DNA of 64,000 nucleotides from positions 4,678 through 68,677 of the forward strand of contig CALVYG010000047.1 in the NCBI GenBank assembly GCA_944372095.1, read 5' to 3'. The position numbers and the translations under genes are program-made. Under the pieces are notes generated by a model. It worked only from the letters and a program-made list of their open reading frames with translations, was not told the origin of the DNA and ran no database searches. Source of the DNA: an uncultured Clostridia bacterium. GTDB taxonomy: Bacteria > Bacillota > Clostridia > Christensenellales > DTU072. Below, in pieces: positions 1 to 13,903 of this stretch (position 1 is the first letter of the stretch; each line of letters opens with the position of its first letter).

Positions 1-500
1 GCGGGATACGATTTGCAAAAATAAACGGTGACGGCACCGTTACCGCAAATATGGGTAAACCTGTATCAGATTTTAATTTAATCAAATTGGATTTTGATAT
101 AGATATTTCGGGATATACGGTTAATGCAGGAAATCCTCATTTTGTTATTTTGCAGGCTTTTGAAGAAAGAATTTTTGATGAATATGCAAAAAAAATATCG
201 GAATATCGCAGCATCTTTCCTTATAAAACAAACGTTGAATTTGCAGAAATATATCCTGACAAAAACATGGTGAACGTTCGAGTTTATGAACGCGGAAGCG
301 GAGAAACTCTTGCATGCGGAACAGGCGCAACGGCAGTATTTGAAATATGTCATCATTTTGGGTTCTTAACCGATAATGCTATTGTAAAACTTAAAGGCGG
401 AGTGCTTATGTGTTCGCATAACAGCAAAGGAGAAATTTTAGTTACGGGAGACGCAAAGTTTAATTATAAAGGTGAAACAGATATACTTAACGGAGAATAA
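1..500 (+). CDS. dapF: Diaminopimelate epimerase, C-terminal portion (5' end lies upstream of window)
   Basis: The frame is open from nt 3 to the stop at 498-500, so the true start is off-window. The translation contains VYERGSGETLACGTGATAV, the second active-site Cys motif of DapF. It lies directly upstream of dapL. Confidence 0.8.
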   Translation, partial: GIRFAKINGDGTVTANMGKPVSDFNLIKLDFDIDISGYTVNAGNPHFVILQAFEERIFDEYAKKISEYRSIFPYKTNVEFAEIYPDKNMVNVRVYERGSGETLACGTGATAVFEICHHFGFLTDNAIVKLKGGVLMCSHNSKGEILVTGDAKFNYKGETDILNGE

Positions 501-508
501 ATTTTTAT

Positions 509-1696
509 ATGGTTAAAATCAACAAGAACTACGCTAAAATTAAAGAAACATATTTATTCAGTGAAACTGCTAAAAAAATAGCGGCTTTTTCGGAAAAACA
601 CCCTGAAATTCAGGTTATTAAAATGAGCATTGGGGATGTTACAAAACCTTTAATTCCTGAAGTAACGGAAGCTATGAAAAAAGCTTCGGAAGAAATGGGA
701 ACTCAAAAAGGTTTTCACGGATACGGACCCGAACAGGGATATGATTTCTTAAAAGATAAAATAAAAAAATATTATGAGCAATATATTAAAGTAAATCTCG
801 ACGCGGATGAAATTTTTATTTCAGACGGAGCAAAAAGCGATATCGCAAACATCACAGATATTTTTTCTAACGATAATATAATTGTCATTCCCGACCCTGT
901 TTATCCTGTATATGTTGATAGCAATATAATGCTGGGAAGGGAAATAAAATATATACACGGAACAGAAGAAAACGGCTTTTTACCTATGCCTGACCCTACT
1001 GTCGAAGGAGATATTTTTTATTTATGTTCTCCCAATAATCCGACCGGTGCAGCATATTCACATGAGCAATTAAAAAAATGGATTGACTTTGTATCAGAAA
1101 GAAAAGGTATAATCCTTTACGATGCGGCGTATGAAAGCTTTGTTACATCCGGCGCCCCCCGCTCCGTATACGAAATCGAAGGAGCAAAAAATTGCGCAAT
1201 CGAATTTTGTTCACTTTCTAAAACAGCAGGATTTACAGGGACACGTTGCGGGTATACGATAGTCCCTAAAAATCTTATTTTTGATGGATTCAGCCTTAAT
1301 AAAATGTGGCTTAGAAGACAAACAACAAAATTCAACGGGGTAAGTTACGTTGTACAACGCGCCGCCGAAGCCGTATTTTCCGATACCGGTTTAAAAAATA
1401 TCAGAAAAACAATTAACTATTATCAACGCAATGCTAGGATAATGACCGATACCCTTAAAAAATTAGGAATAAGTTTCACAGGCGGAGAAGATTCTCCGTA
1501 TGTTTGGTTCAAGGTTCCGGACGGAATGAGCAGTTGGGAATTTTTCGATTATCTTTTAAACGGTTGCGGAGTTGCCGGTACTCCGGGAAGCGGATTCGGA
1601 AATTGCGGTGAAGGTTATTTCCGCTTAACGGCTTTTAACACTTATGAAAATACAGTTGAAGCAATGAGCAGAATAGAAAAATTACTAAAAAAATAA
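509..1696 (+). CDS. dapL: LL-diaminopimelate aminotransferase
   Basis: 395-aa class-I aminotransferase. It has the N-terminal YLF...MSIGDVTKPL motif and the PLP-lysine context CSLSKTAGFTGTRCGY typical of DapL. It is adjacent to dapF. Confidence 0.85.
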   Translation: MVKINKNYAKIKETYLFSETAKKIAAFSEKHPEIQVIKMSIGDVTKPLIPEVTEAMKKASEEMGTQKGFHGYGPEQGYDFLKDKIKKYYEQYIKVNLDADEIFISDGAKSDIANITDIFSNDNIIVIPDPVYPVYVDSNIMLGREIKYIHGTEENGFLPMPDPTVEGDIFYLCSPNNPTGAAYSHEQLKKWIDFVSERKGIILYDAAYESFVTSGAPRSVYEIEGAKNCAIEFCSLSKTAGFTGTRCGYTIVPKNLIFDGFSLNKMWLRRQTTKFNGVSYVVQRAAEAVFSDTGLKNIRKTINYYQRNARIMTDTLKKLGISFTGGEDSPYVWFKVPDGMSSWEFFDYLLNGCGVAGTPGSGFGNCGEGYFRLTAFNTYENTVEAMSRIEKLLKK

Positions 1697-1715
1697 CATA
1701 ATTCGGAGGTTACAA

Positions 1716-2987
1716 ATGAGTGTTACTGTACTTGTCGGAGCACAATTCGGAGATGAAGGCAAAGGTAAAATAGTAGACTATCTTTCTCAGAATATGGATA
1801 TGGTTGTCCGTTTTCAAGGCGGAGACAACGCAGGGCATACGGTAGTAAATAAAGACGGTGAATTTAAGTTACACCTTGTTCCGTGCGGAATTTTTAATAA
1901 AGGATGTAAAGCGCTTGCAAATACCGGTATGGTTATCAATCCGGACGAATTGCTTAAAGAACTAAAACAAATATCCGATAAAAAAGTTGATATAAGCAAT
2001 ATGTTCATATCGTCAAGAGCAATAATTTTGATGCCGTATCACGTTGAACTCGACGGATTAGGAGAAAAAACAGGAATTTCTATCGGAACGACAAAACGAG
2101 GAATCGGATATGCATATGCCGACAAAATGAGAAGAACCGCATTACGGTTTGAAGATTTACTTGATTTAACTTATTGTAAACAAAGAATACAAAAAATTAT
2201 GCCCAGAATAAACGCCGAATTAAAAGCATTGGGCGGAAGGACGTTTACAGAGGAAGAAGTTTATGAAAAATGTGTTTATTGGGCTCAGCGGTTAGAAAAA
2301 ATGATTGTAGAACCTGTTTCATTTGTGAACGAAGCAATAGAAAAAGGGGAGAACATTTTATTTGAAGGACAGCTCGGAGCAATGAAAGACATTGACCTCG
2401 GAATTTATCCTTATGTAACATCGTCAAATCCTGTAGCTGCATATGCCGCAGTAAGCGGTGGATTTCCTATCAGTAAAATTGACGAAATAGTCGGAGTTAT
2501 GAAAGCTTTTACATCGGCAGTAGGCGACGGACCGTTTCCTACCGAACTTTTCGGAGCAGAAACTGACGGTTTCAGAGGAACAGGCGAGAAAGTCGATGAT
2601 GAATTCGGTGCAAGGACCGGTCGAGCGAGAAGACTTGGATGGCTGGATTTGCCGATAGTTAAATATGCTGCAACAATAAACGGTTTCACTTCCTTGGCTG
2701 TTTGCAAAATTGATAAATTCGATTCTTACGATGAAATAAAAGTTTGCTATGCATACAAGCTTAACGGGAAAATAATCAACTATATGCCCACATCAAGGAA
2801 TCTTGAAAAAGTAGAACCTGTTTATGCAACTCTGAAAGGCTGGAAAAAAGACACAACAAAAATTAAAGAATATTCAAATCTTCCCGATGAAGTAAAAGAA
2901 TATATCGGATTCATCGAAAAACATGTAGGAGTGCCTGTAAAATATATAGGAGTAGGTCCGGCAAGAGATAATCTGATAATAAAATAA
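1716..2987 (+). CDS. purA: Adenylosuccinate synthetase
   Basis: 423 aa with the GAQFGDEGKGK P-loop and GTTKRGIG motif. SD GGAGG lies upstream. Confidence 0.95.
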   Translation: MSVTVLVGAQFGDEGKGKIVDYLSQNMDMVVRFQGGDNAGHTVVNKDGEFKLHLVPCGIFNKGCKALANTGMVINPDELLKELKQISDKKVDISNMFISSRAIILMPYHVELDGLGEKTGISIGTTKRGIGYAYADKMRRTALRFEDLLDLTYCKQRIQKIMPRINAELKALGGRTFTEEEVYEKCVYWAQRLEKMIVEPVSFVNEAIEKGENILFEGQLGAMKDIDLGIYPYVTSSNPVAAYAAVSGGFPISKIDEIVGVMKAFTSAVGDGPFPTELFGAETDGFRGTGEKVDDEFGARTGRARRLGWLDLPIVKYAATINGFTSLAVCKIDKFDSYDEIKVCYAYKLNGKIINYMPTSRNLEKVEPVYATLKGWKKDTTKIKEYSNLPDEVKEYIGFIEKHVGVPVKYIGVGPARDNLIIK

Positions 2988-2991
2988 AAAT

Positions 2992-3021
2992 AAAGCCACC
3001 TGTATTGGTGGCTTTATTTAA
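2992..3021. terminator. Bidirectional rho-independent terminator between convergent purA and the Na/Pi gene
   Basis: 9-bp stem AAAGCCACC (2992-3000) pairs with GGTGGCTTT (3007-3015) around a 6-nt loop. It is flanked by an A-run upstream and a T-rich run downstream. Confidence 0.7.
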
Positions 3022-3038
3022 TAAATATCAGTTTTTAA

Positions 3039-3962
3039 TTACTGAACTGTCACTAACTTTTTCTTATCGGCATACCAACCTATAAAAGGACAAATCATTA
3101 AGCATGCAGACACGTTAAATAACGTATGGAAGAGCGCTATTTTTGTATCCATAGATACATTTAATAAAATAAACCAATTAAGCATACCCGCATAAAACAT
3201 AAAAACAAAAATTGCTACGGGAATTAAATTAAACAGTAAATTAAAAATAGCTACTCGTAGACTTCTTTTCGATTTTCCGATAGACACAAGAAAAATTGTC
3301 ACACAAGTGCCCAAATTGGCCGCCATAATCATAAAAATTGCATTCGTCAAAGTTAATACGTTAAGTTTTGCAAGAGTCACAATAATTACGGATACAAGAG
3401 CCGAACTTTGGCATATTGCAGTAAGAATCAAACTGAAAAAGAAAGGAACTGCCGGATTTTCCGCTATAAGAAAATCCATATTAAGTAAAGACACTATTTC
3501 CGGTATGCCTTTCTTTATTAAATAAAAACTAATAAAAATAAGTGAAAAACCACTTAAAAATATTGCAATTCTCTTTAATAAGGATTTTTTTGTTAACATC
3601 AGTAAAAGCGTAGAAAAAAAGATTACGCAAGAAAAAAAACTTCCTATCGATGCGTTTTGAATTACGGCCAGATAAGCCGTTACTGTTGTCCCTACATTAC
3701 TGCCGGCAACCGCAAACCAGGTAATTTTTTCTTTTATACAATCTTTATCCCTGAGTGTAGCAAGTATACTGTTGATTGCCGATGAACTTTGGGTTATCGC
3801 AGCAGAAATCATTCCGGCCAAAAGAGCCAATAAAGGTTTATTTATAATTTTTTCTACCTTTTCAGGTAATTTTATTTCGTTGTCAAATGCACTGTCAATT
3901 ATATATATGGCAAATAAAAATGTGCCTATTCCGCATAAAAGTCCGAAGATTATCTCTGTCAT
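3039..3962 (-). CDS. Na/Pi-cotransporter family membrane protein (short form, no PhoU-like tail)
   Basis: 307-aa polytopic protein with duplicated SNVGTTVTA / ANLGTCVT motifs, as in PF02690-type proteins. Confidence 0.65.
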   Translation of the reverse strand: MTEIIFGLLCGIGTFLFAIYIIDSAFDNEIKLPEKVEKIINKPLLALLAGMISAAITQSSSAINSILATLRDKDCIKEKITWFAVAGSNVGTTVTAYLAVIQNASIGSFFSCVIFFSTLLLMLTKKSLLKRIAIFLSGFSLIFISFYLIKKGIPEIVSLLNMDFLIAENPAVPFFFSLILTAICQSSALVSVIIVTLAKLNVLTLTNAIFMIMAANLGTCVTIFLVSIGKSKRSLRVAIFNLLFNLIPVAIFVFMFYAGMLNWFILLNVSMDTKIALFHTLFNVSACLMICPFIGWYADKKKLVTVQ

Positions 3963-3985
3963 ATTTATATATTTATTATATATAA

Positions 3986-7084
<3,099 letters not shown>

Positions 7085-7085
7085 G

Positions 7086-8270
7086 ATGAAAGGACTTGTA
7101 TTAGAAGGCGGCGGCGCAAAAGGAGCTTTCCACTGCGGCGCCGTCAAAGCTTTATACGATAACGGTTATAATTTTGACGGAGTAGCAGGAACTTCAATAG
7201 GCGCAATAAACGGAGCGCTGATTGTTCAGGATTGCGGCTACGAAAGTCTCTATAATATGTGGACAACAATAACCGCAGCAGATATTACTCATTTAGATAA
7301 CAATGAGGTTAGTCATTTGTTTAATCGTGAATTTTCGAGAGAAACCGTTGCTTATTGGGTTAAGCAATTTTTAAAAATAGTATCAAATCTCGGAGTTCCC
7401 ACCGATAAAATAAATATTTATTTACATAAAATATTGGATGAAGATAAAATTCGTAAATCGTGCATGGATTTCGGTATAGTAACATATTGTTTGAGCAATC
7501 GCGAACCTATGGAACTGTTCAAAGAAGAAATACCCGAAGGAGAACTCCATAATTTTATTTTGGCAAGCGCATATTTCCCGGCATTCAAACTCAACAGAAT
7601 GAACGGCAAATATTATATTGACGGAGGAGTTTATGACAATCTTCCTTTAAACGCACTTCCAGAAAAAAAAGGTTATGACGAAATTTTTGCAATCAGAACA
7701 ATGAGTCGGATGCCTTACAGAGAATTAAAAAATAACGATGTAACTGTTCATTATATCTGTCCGTCCGAAGATTTAGGCGGAACAATCGATATAAAACATC
7801 AGTCGCTTAATTATAAAATAAAACTGGGTTATTATGATGCATTAAGATTTATAAAAGGATATCGCGGAAATAAATTTTATTTTGAAGGGGACATTTCTTG
7901 TTTTGAAAATTTCTTCAAAACATTTGATGAAGATACGCAGAAAAAATTATGCAATTTTTTAAAAATAAAATACGAAAATTATGAAAAAGAAATAGCCTTT
8001 AAGCTTTTTACAGAAATATTGGATATACCCGTAAAATCAGAAAATGCATATCTCCTTTTTTTTGAAGAAGCTGCGTCCTTTTTGAATCTTGAAAAATTCA
8101 GGATTTATAATCCACTAACTTTTTTAGAGGAAATTTATAATAAATATGTATCAATGGATACCGAGACCATAAAATTAAAAACAAAAAAATTCGGCAACAA
8201 AGCAAGAAAAAATTATTTTTACGAAATAATAATACCAAAGATACGGGAGGTACTGCCAAATGGTAGATAA
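7086..8270 (+). CDS. Patatin-like phospholipase
   Basis: GGGAKGAFHCG oxyanion motif, GTSIGA (GxSxG) nucleophile and DGG Asp motif (YIDGGVYDN). The C-terminal ~150 aa are unassigned. Confidence 0.8.
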   Translation: MKGLVLEGGGAKGAFHCGAVKALYDNGYNFDGVAGTSIGAINGALIVQDCGYESLYNMWTTITAADITHLDNNEVSHLFNREFSRETVAYWVKQFLKIVSNLGVPTDKINIYLHKILDEDKIRKSCMDFGIVTYCLSNREPMELFKEEIPEGELHNFILASAYFPAFKLNRMNGKYYIDGGVYDNLPLNALPEKKGYDEIFAIRTMSRMPYRELKNNDVTVHYICPSEDLGGTIDIKHQSLNYKIKLGYYDALRFIKGYRGNKFYFEGDISCFENFFKTFDEDTQKKLCNFLKIKYENYEKEIAFKLFTEILDIPVKSENAYLLFFEEAASFLNLEKFRIYNPLTFLEEIYNKYVSMDTETIKLKTKKFGNKARKNYFYEIIIPKIREVLPNGR

Positions 8271-9411
8271 AAATAAAGCTCTTGATATTACTAAAAAATT
8301 ATGCACAAGATGGTTTATCGACGCTTTCAGCGGAATGGCGCTTGGACTTTTCTGCACCTTGATTGCCGGAACGATTTTAGCGACAATCGGCGGCTGGATA
8401 AATGAAATCGGAAACGGAAATCTGGTTGGTACATGGATAATTAATATTTCAAAACTTGCTAAAACGCTTATGGGTGCCGGTATAGGCGTAGGTATTGCTG
8501 CAAAATTAAAAATTAAATCTCCGTTAGTAATGTTTTCATCCGCTGTTGCAGGATTTATCGGTGCTTTTGCTATTTCAAATACAGGAGAATTTTCAATTTT
8601 TAATGAAAGTTTCAGTATAAGTTTAGGCTCATGCGGGAATCCTATCGGAGCATATGTCGTAGCTTTGACTGCAATTGAAATTTCCTCACTTTATGCCGGA
8701 AAAACCAAACTTGACATTATTCTTGTTCCCCTCGGCGTAATGATTATAACTATGGCGGCTATATTTATTGCTTGGCCTTTTGTTAAATTAGTTTATTATA
8801 TCGGTGTATTAATTGAAAAAATCATACTTTTAAGCGAGGTTGCCAAATACCTAATGGCGATTCTTGTTTCGGTTGTTATGGGCATCTTGTTGACAATGCC
8901 GACTTCAAGCGCTGCAATATGGGTTTCCATCGTGGGGGCTATGCGTCTGGCAGACGGGAGTATTCCATATGCGTTGCTGGTTGCCGGAGGGGCTGCCGTT
9001 GCCGGTTGCTCGGCGCATATGGTCGGATTTGCTGTCGCCAGTTTTCGCGAAAACAAATTAAGCGGATTGATTTCTCAAGGCTTGGGTACAAGTATGTTAC
9101 AGATTCCTAATATAATGAGAAAACCTAAAATTATGTTGCCTGAAATCATTGCAAGCGCAATAGTCGGACCTGTTGCAGTTGCCTTCGGATTACTTTGCGA
9201 TGAAACGGGCGGAGGAATGGGCACAAGCGGTCTTGTTGGAGTTATAAGCACAATTTCTACAAGTATTAATAACGGAGTTGCAGCATGGCGAATCGGATTA
9301 GGTGTAACTTTATGCTTATTTGTTATTCCGGCTGTTGTTTGCTTTGTGATAAGTGAATTTATGCGAAAAAAATCTTGGATAGAATTCGGAGATATGAAGC
9401 TCGATGATTGA
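8260..9411 (+). CDS. PfoR-like / PTS EIIC_2-family polytopic membrane protein
   Basis: 383 aa with about 10 TM segments. From memory, the N-terminal WFIDAFSGMALGLF...AGTIL resembles PfoR (COG3641). SD GGGAGG is 9 nt upstream. No EIIA, EIIB or HPr gene is nearby. Confidence 0.45.
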   Translation: MVDKNKALDITKKLCTRWFIDAFSGMALGLFCTLIAGTILATIGGWINEIGNGNLVGTWIINISKLAKTLMGAGIGVGIAAKLKIKSPLVMFSSAVAGFIGAFAISNTGEFSIFNESFSISLGSCGNPIGAYVVALTAIEISSLYAGKTKLDIILVPLGVMIITMAAIFIAWPFVKLVYYIGVLIEKIILLSEVAKYLMAILVSVVMGILLTMPTSSAAIWVSIVGAMRLADGSIPYALLVAGGAAVAGCSAHMVGFAVASFRENKLSGLISQGLGTSMLQIPNIMRKPKIMLPEIIASAIVGPVAVAFGLLCDETGGGMGTSGLVGVISTISTSINNGVAAWRIGLGVTLCLFVIPAVVCFVISEFMRKKSWIEFGDMKLDD

Positions 9412-12052
9412 AAATGATAAATATAAAATCCTTTTACTGGATTCTAACAGTCTTGTAAACAGAGCATTTCATGCTCTTCCTCCTTTGGTGAACAATCATG
9501 GGCTATATACGAACGCAATCTACGGTTATATCACCATGTTGGTAAAACTTATATCGGAAGAGCGACCTACACATATTTGCGCGGTTTTCGATTGCAGAGC
9601 GAAGACTTTTCGCCATAATATGTATGATAAATATAAAGCAACAAGGAAACCGATGCCGGATGAACTTGCCATGCAAATCCCTGTTTTACAAGAACTGCTT
9701 TCAAAGCTAAAAATAAAAACAATTTTTAAAGAAGGATACGAAGCGGACGATATTCTCGGAACTTTGGCAAAAAAATTTGACCTGCCTACAATTATCGTAT
9801 CCGGAGACAGGGATTGCCTCCAACTTGTCGATTCGACAACAACAGTATTTAATACTAAAAGAGGTATCACCGAAGTAAAAAAATACACTCCGCAAGTTTT
9901 AGCGGAAGAAGGTTTTTCCCCGGAACAAATTATAGAATACAAAGCGCTTGCGGGAGATTCAAGCGATAATATTCCGGGTTGTCCGGGAGTTGGCGATAAA
10001 ACGGCGAAAGAACTTCTTTCCGATTACAGCAGTATTGAGGGCATATATAGTAATATTGAAAAAGTAAAAGGTAAGTTGAAAGATAAACTTATAGAATATA
10101 AGGACAGCGTTTTTTTAAGTAAGAAACTCGCAACGATTGACATAAACGCACATATCGAGTGTTCACTGAAAGACATAGAATATGACTATACTGTTTCCGA
10201 AGAAGCAAAAGAGCTTATACAATATCTTCAATTCAAGAATATTACCGAAAAAATCGAAACACTTACTAAAATGAATGCAAATCGGGATAATTCTGAAAAT
10301 GCAAAAAATGAGTTAGATAAAACTGATAAAAAACTGATAAATGAAAAAGTATCCGAAGAGCATCAATCTCTTATAAAAAAAATTACAGCTGAATATTCCA
10401 TAATAAATTCAGACGATAAAATAGATTTTCTTATTAATTCTTTAAGCAAGTCATCAACTTATTTTATTGAATTGTTTGAAAATAAATGCATAATTTGTAA
10501 AGACAATAAAATATATGAAATTTCGGTTTCAAACAATTTAATCGATACAGGTGTTTCTTTTGAAAAATATTTCGTATTTTTGAAAACGGTATTCTCTGAG
10601 AAATATAAAAAAATTTTTTTTGATGCAAAGAAAAACAAGCACACGGCAGATAAAATGGGAGTAAATATAAATCTCCCGTATGATGATTTGCAACTTATGG
10701 CATATCTTGTTAATAATACGAAAATCATAAAAACTTCCGAACAATTATTAGAAGATTATTGCTATTCTACGGAAAATAAATATGCCGCCTTATACGATTT
10801 ATACGCTTTGTTACAAAGAAAGATTGAAGAAAAAAAATTAAAAAACTTATATGACAATATCGAACTTCCTTTAATAACGGTTCTTTTTGAAATGGAAAAA
10901 GCAGGTTTCAGAATTAACCGTGAAATGCTTGAAGAACTGAACGTCAAATATTCATGCGAGATAAATTCTCTTACTGACGAAATATATTCATTAGCAGGAA
11001 CTGCATTCAATATAAATTCCAATAAACAATTATCTTCCGTATTATTTGATAAATTAGGATTAACTCATTCCAAAAAAACAAAAACCGGTTATTCCGTTGA
11101 CGCAAGTACTCTTGAAGAACTCGACCATCCAATTGTCACATTATTGTTGCGTTACAGAGAATTAACAAAACTTAAATCTACTTACATTGAAGGGATGAAA
11201 ACATTAATAAATCCGTATACCGGAAGAGTTCATACATGCTTTAATCAATGTATAACGACAACCGGAAGACTCTCTTCAACTGAACCCAATCTTCAAAACA
11301 TTCCCATACGACGTTCAGAAGGTCGGGAAATAAGAAAAATGTTCATACCGAGTGAAAATTGTCAGCTGGTTACGGCAGATTATTCACAGATTGAATTAAG
11401 GCTTTTGGCTCATTTTTCAGAAGACCCTAAATTAATAGCCGCTTACAACGAAAACGAAGATATACATGCCCTTACGGCAAGTAAAATATTTAATGTTCCG
11501 ATAGAACTCGTAACCCCTGAAATGCGCACATCCGCAAAAGCCGTTAACTTCGGAATAATTTACGGAATAAGTGGATTCGGTCTGTCAAAAAATACCGGCG
11601 TTACGCGTTTTCAGGCAAAAAAATTTATTGAACAATACTTTCAGACATATCCAAAAGTAAAAGAATATATGGATAATAATGTTTCACTGGCAAAAAAACA
11701 AGGATACCTTTCCACAATGTTCGGAAGAATAAGATATTTCCCGGAACTAACCAGTCCGAAACATTCAATAAGAGCTTTCGGAGAAAGAGCAGCAATGAAT
11801 ATGCCTCTCCAAGGAAGTGCCTGCGATATAATCAAAATATCAATGTTAAACGTCTATAACGCACTTATTAATAAAAATTTGAAATCTAAACTTATTTTAC
11901 AAGTTCACGATGAACTTGTAATCGATGTTCCGAAAGGTGAAATCAACGAAGTAAAGAAAATTGTAAAAACAGAAATGGAAACAGCGGTGAAACTCAGAGT
12001 TCCATTAATAGTAAACGTTTCGTCAGGGAGTAATTGGTATGAATCAAAATGA
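9404..12052 (+). CDS. polA: DNA polymerase I
   Basis: It has an N-terminal 5'-nuclease domain (GYEADD). Pol motifs are A DYSQIELR, B RTSAKAVNFGIIYG and C QVHDELV. The central exo-like region lacks an obvious DxE motif. Confidence 0.95.
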   Translation: MIENDKYKILLLDSNSLVNRAFHALPPLVNNHGLYTNAIYGYITMLVKLISEERPTHICAVFDCRAKTFRHNMYDKYKATRKPMPDELAMQIPVLQELLSKLKIKTIFKEGYEADDILGTLAKKFDLPTIIVSGDRDCLQLVDSTTTVFNTKRGITEVKKYTPQVLAEEGFSPEQIIEYKALAGDSSDNIPGCPGVGDKTAKELLSDYSSIEGIYSNIEKVKGKLKDKLIEYKDSVFLSKKLATIDINAHIECSLKDIEYDYTVSEEAKELIQYLQFKNITEKIETLTKMNANRDNSENAKNELDKTDKKLINEKVSEEHQSLIKKITAEYSIINSDDKIDFLINSLSKSSTYFIELFENKCIICKDNKIYEISVSNNLIDTGVSFEKYFVFLKTVFSEKYKKIFFDAKKNKHTADKMGVNINLPYDDLQLMAYLVNNTKIIKTSEQLLEDYCYSTENKYAALYDLYALLQRKIEEKKLKNLYDNIELPLITVLFEMEKAGFRINREMLEELNVKYSCEINSLTDEIYSLAGTAFNINSNKQLSSVLFDKLGLTHSKKTKTGYSVDASTLEELDHPIVTLLLRYRELTKLKSTYIEGMKTLINPYTGRVHTCFNQCITTTGRLSSTEPNLQNIPIRRSEGREIRKMFIPSENCQLVTADYSQIELRLLAHFSEDPKLIAAYNENEDIHALTASKIFNVPIELVTPEMRTSAKAVNFGIIYGISGFGLSKNTGVTRFQAKKFIEQYFQTYPKVKEYMDNNVSLAKKQGYLSTMFGRIRYFPELTSPKHSIRAFGERAAMNMPLQGSACDIIKISMLNVYNALINKNLKSKLILQVHDELVIDVPKGEINEVKKIVKTEMETAVKLRVPLIVNVSSGSNWYESK

Positions 12053-12614
12053 AAAAATAATTGCAATAACAGGCGGAATCGGTACCGGAAAATCAGAAGT
12101 ATGTAATATTTTAGAAGATAGCGGTGAAATTTGTATCAGTTGCGACAAATTAAATGCCGAATTATTAAAATCAAGAGAATATCTTGATGGCTTGAACGCA
12201 ATTTTTCCCGGTGCATTCAACAACGGGAAATTAAATAAAAGTATTCTAAAGGAATATATTGCTTATTCGGATGAAAAAAGAAAAGCTTTAAATAAATATT
12301 CACATGAAAAAATTAAGTTAAAACTAATTAATGAAATAGAAAAAATTAATAATAAACGCTTGTTTGTTGAGGTACCATTACTCAATCAAACGGATTATGC
12401 CGATTTGTTTAATGAAATATGGGTTGTAACATGCAATAAACGTACCCGTATAGAACGGATAAAAACAAGAGACGGAATAGACGAAAAATATGCTGAAAGA
12501 TTAATAGATATACAGCCTGAAAACTATGATTTTAAGATAAAAACTCTAATTATTTATAATGAGGGTGATTTGGAAGAACTGAAAAAAAATGTTTTTGCTT
12601 TACTTGATAAATGA
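12039..12614 (+). CDS. coaE: Dephospho-CoA kinase
   Basis: 191 aa with the ITGGIGTGKS P-loop at the N-terminus. It follows polA, as in many Firmicutes. Confidence 0.85.
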   Translation: MNQNEKIIAITGGIGTGKSEVCNILEDSGEICISCDKLNAELLKSREYLDGLNAIFPGAFNNGKLNKSILKEYIAYSDEKRKALNKYSHEKIKLKLINEIEKINNKRLFVEVPLLNQTDYADLFNEIWVVTCNKRTRIERIKTRDGIDEKYAERLIDIQPENYDFKIKTLIIYNEGDLEELKKNVFALLDK

Positions 12615-13831
12615 ACGTAATTTTACATGTTGACGCAAATAATTTTTATGCATCTGTTGCAATAAAAAATAATCCGACATTAAAAGGAAAACCTCTTATA
12701 ATCTGCGGCGACCCCGAAAAGCGACACGGTATAGTCCTTGCTAAAAGCAACGAAGCGAAAAAACTTGGAATAAAGACTACACAAACTATTTCCGAAGCAA
12801 AAAAAATTTGTAAAAATTTAATTTGTCTCCCACCTGATTATCAACAGTACAAAAAATATTCCGAAATGCTGTTTGAAATTTACAAACGGTTTACTCCGCT
12901 TGTAGAAAGTTTCGGCATGGACGAATGCTGGCTGGATGTTTCCGGTAGTATTAAACTTTACGGAACACCTTATGAAATTGCAAACCAAATACGTTCAACG
13001 GTAAAAAATGAATTAGGCATAACGGTTTCTGTCGGCGTTTCTTTTACAAAAACATTTGCAAAACTCGGTAGTGATTTGAAAAAACCCGACGCAATAACCG
13101 TTATCGATAAATCGAATTATAAACAAATTGCTTGGAACCTTCCTGCCGACCATATGATATATATCGGCGATTCTGCCAAACTTAAACTAAAACAAATGGG
13201 TATATCGACAATTGGAGATATAGCTCAGACATCCCCAATAATTTTAGAGCGTGAATTAGGAAAAACAGGAAAAAAACTCTACAACTACGCGAACGGTATG
13301 GACGATGAAAAAGTAGGAGAATATTATGCTGAACATATCCCCGAAAGCATATCAAACGGAAGTACTTGTGAAGAAGATATAATAACAGAAAGAGCAGCAA
13401 AAAGTATAATATATTCATTGGGAGAAGCCGTTGCTTTCCGTTTAAGAAAATACGGCTTACTTGCAAACGGAATAGGGGTAAACGTAAAAAACAACGAATT
13501 TGAAGTATTTTCAAGACAGACAAAAATTTCTGTTCCCACATCCGATGCCGGATATATTTCCAGAACAGCTTTCGAGAACGTAATAAAAAACTGCAAAATT
13601 TCTAAAGATAATCCGTTAAGAACAATTACTGTTTGTGTTTACAACCTAACAAAAGGCGATGAAATAATACAAGATTTTTTATTTAATTCTGATACTAAAA
13701 AATCAGCCGAAGTTAACAGAAAACTTGATACAATAAGAAACAAATACGGCTATTCAATTTTAAAAAAAGCAATCGAGCTTGAAGAAACATTTAAATGCGA
13801 CCATACAAGACTAGACAATACTGATGAATAG
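12611..13831 (+). CDS. dinB: Y-family DNA polymerase IV
   Basis: ILHVDANNFYASV and SFGMDECWLDV catalytic motifs. The length is typical, with a little-finger domain. Confidence 0.85.
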   Translation: MNVILHVDANNFYASVAIKNNPTLKGKPLIICGDPEKRHGIVLAKSNEAKKLGIKTTQTISEAKKICKNLICLPPDYQQYKKYSEMLFEIYKRFTPLVESFGMDECWLDVSGSIKLYGTPYEIANQIRSTVKNELGITVSVGVSFTKTFAKLGSDLKKPDAITVIDKSNYKQIAWNLPADHMIYIGDSAKLKLKQMGISTIGDIAQTSPIILERELGKTGKKLYNYANGMDDEKVGEYYAEHIPESISNGSTCEEDIITERAAKSIIYSLGEAVAFRLRKYGLLANGIGVNVKNNEFEVFSRQTKISVPTSDAGYISRTAFENVIKNCKISKDNPLRTITVCVYNLTKGDEIIQDFLFNSDTKKSAEVNRKLDTIRNKYGYSILKKAIELEETFKCDHTRLDNTDE

Positions 13832-13840
13832 TTTAAAAAT

Positions 13841-13869
13841 AAAAAGTGGCAATAACACGCCACTTTTTT
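13841..13869. terminator. Bidirectional terminator between convergent dinB and degV
   Basis: AGTGGC (13845-50) pairs with GCCACT (13859-64) around an 8-nt loop. An A5 run precedes it and a T6 run follows. Confidence 0.6.
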
Positions 13870-13903
13870 AGATAAATCAATATCGTACCGCGTTTAGTAA
13901 ATG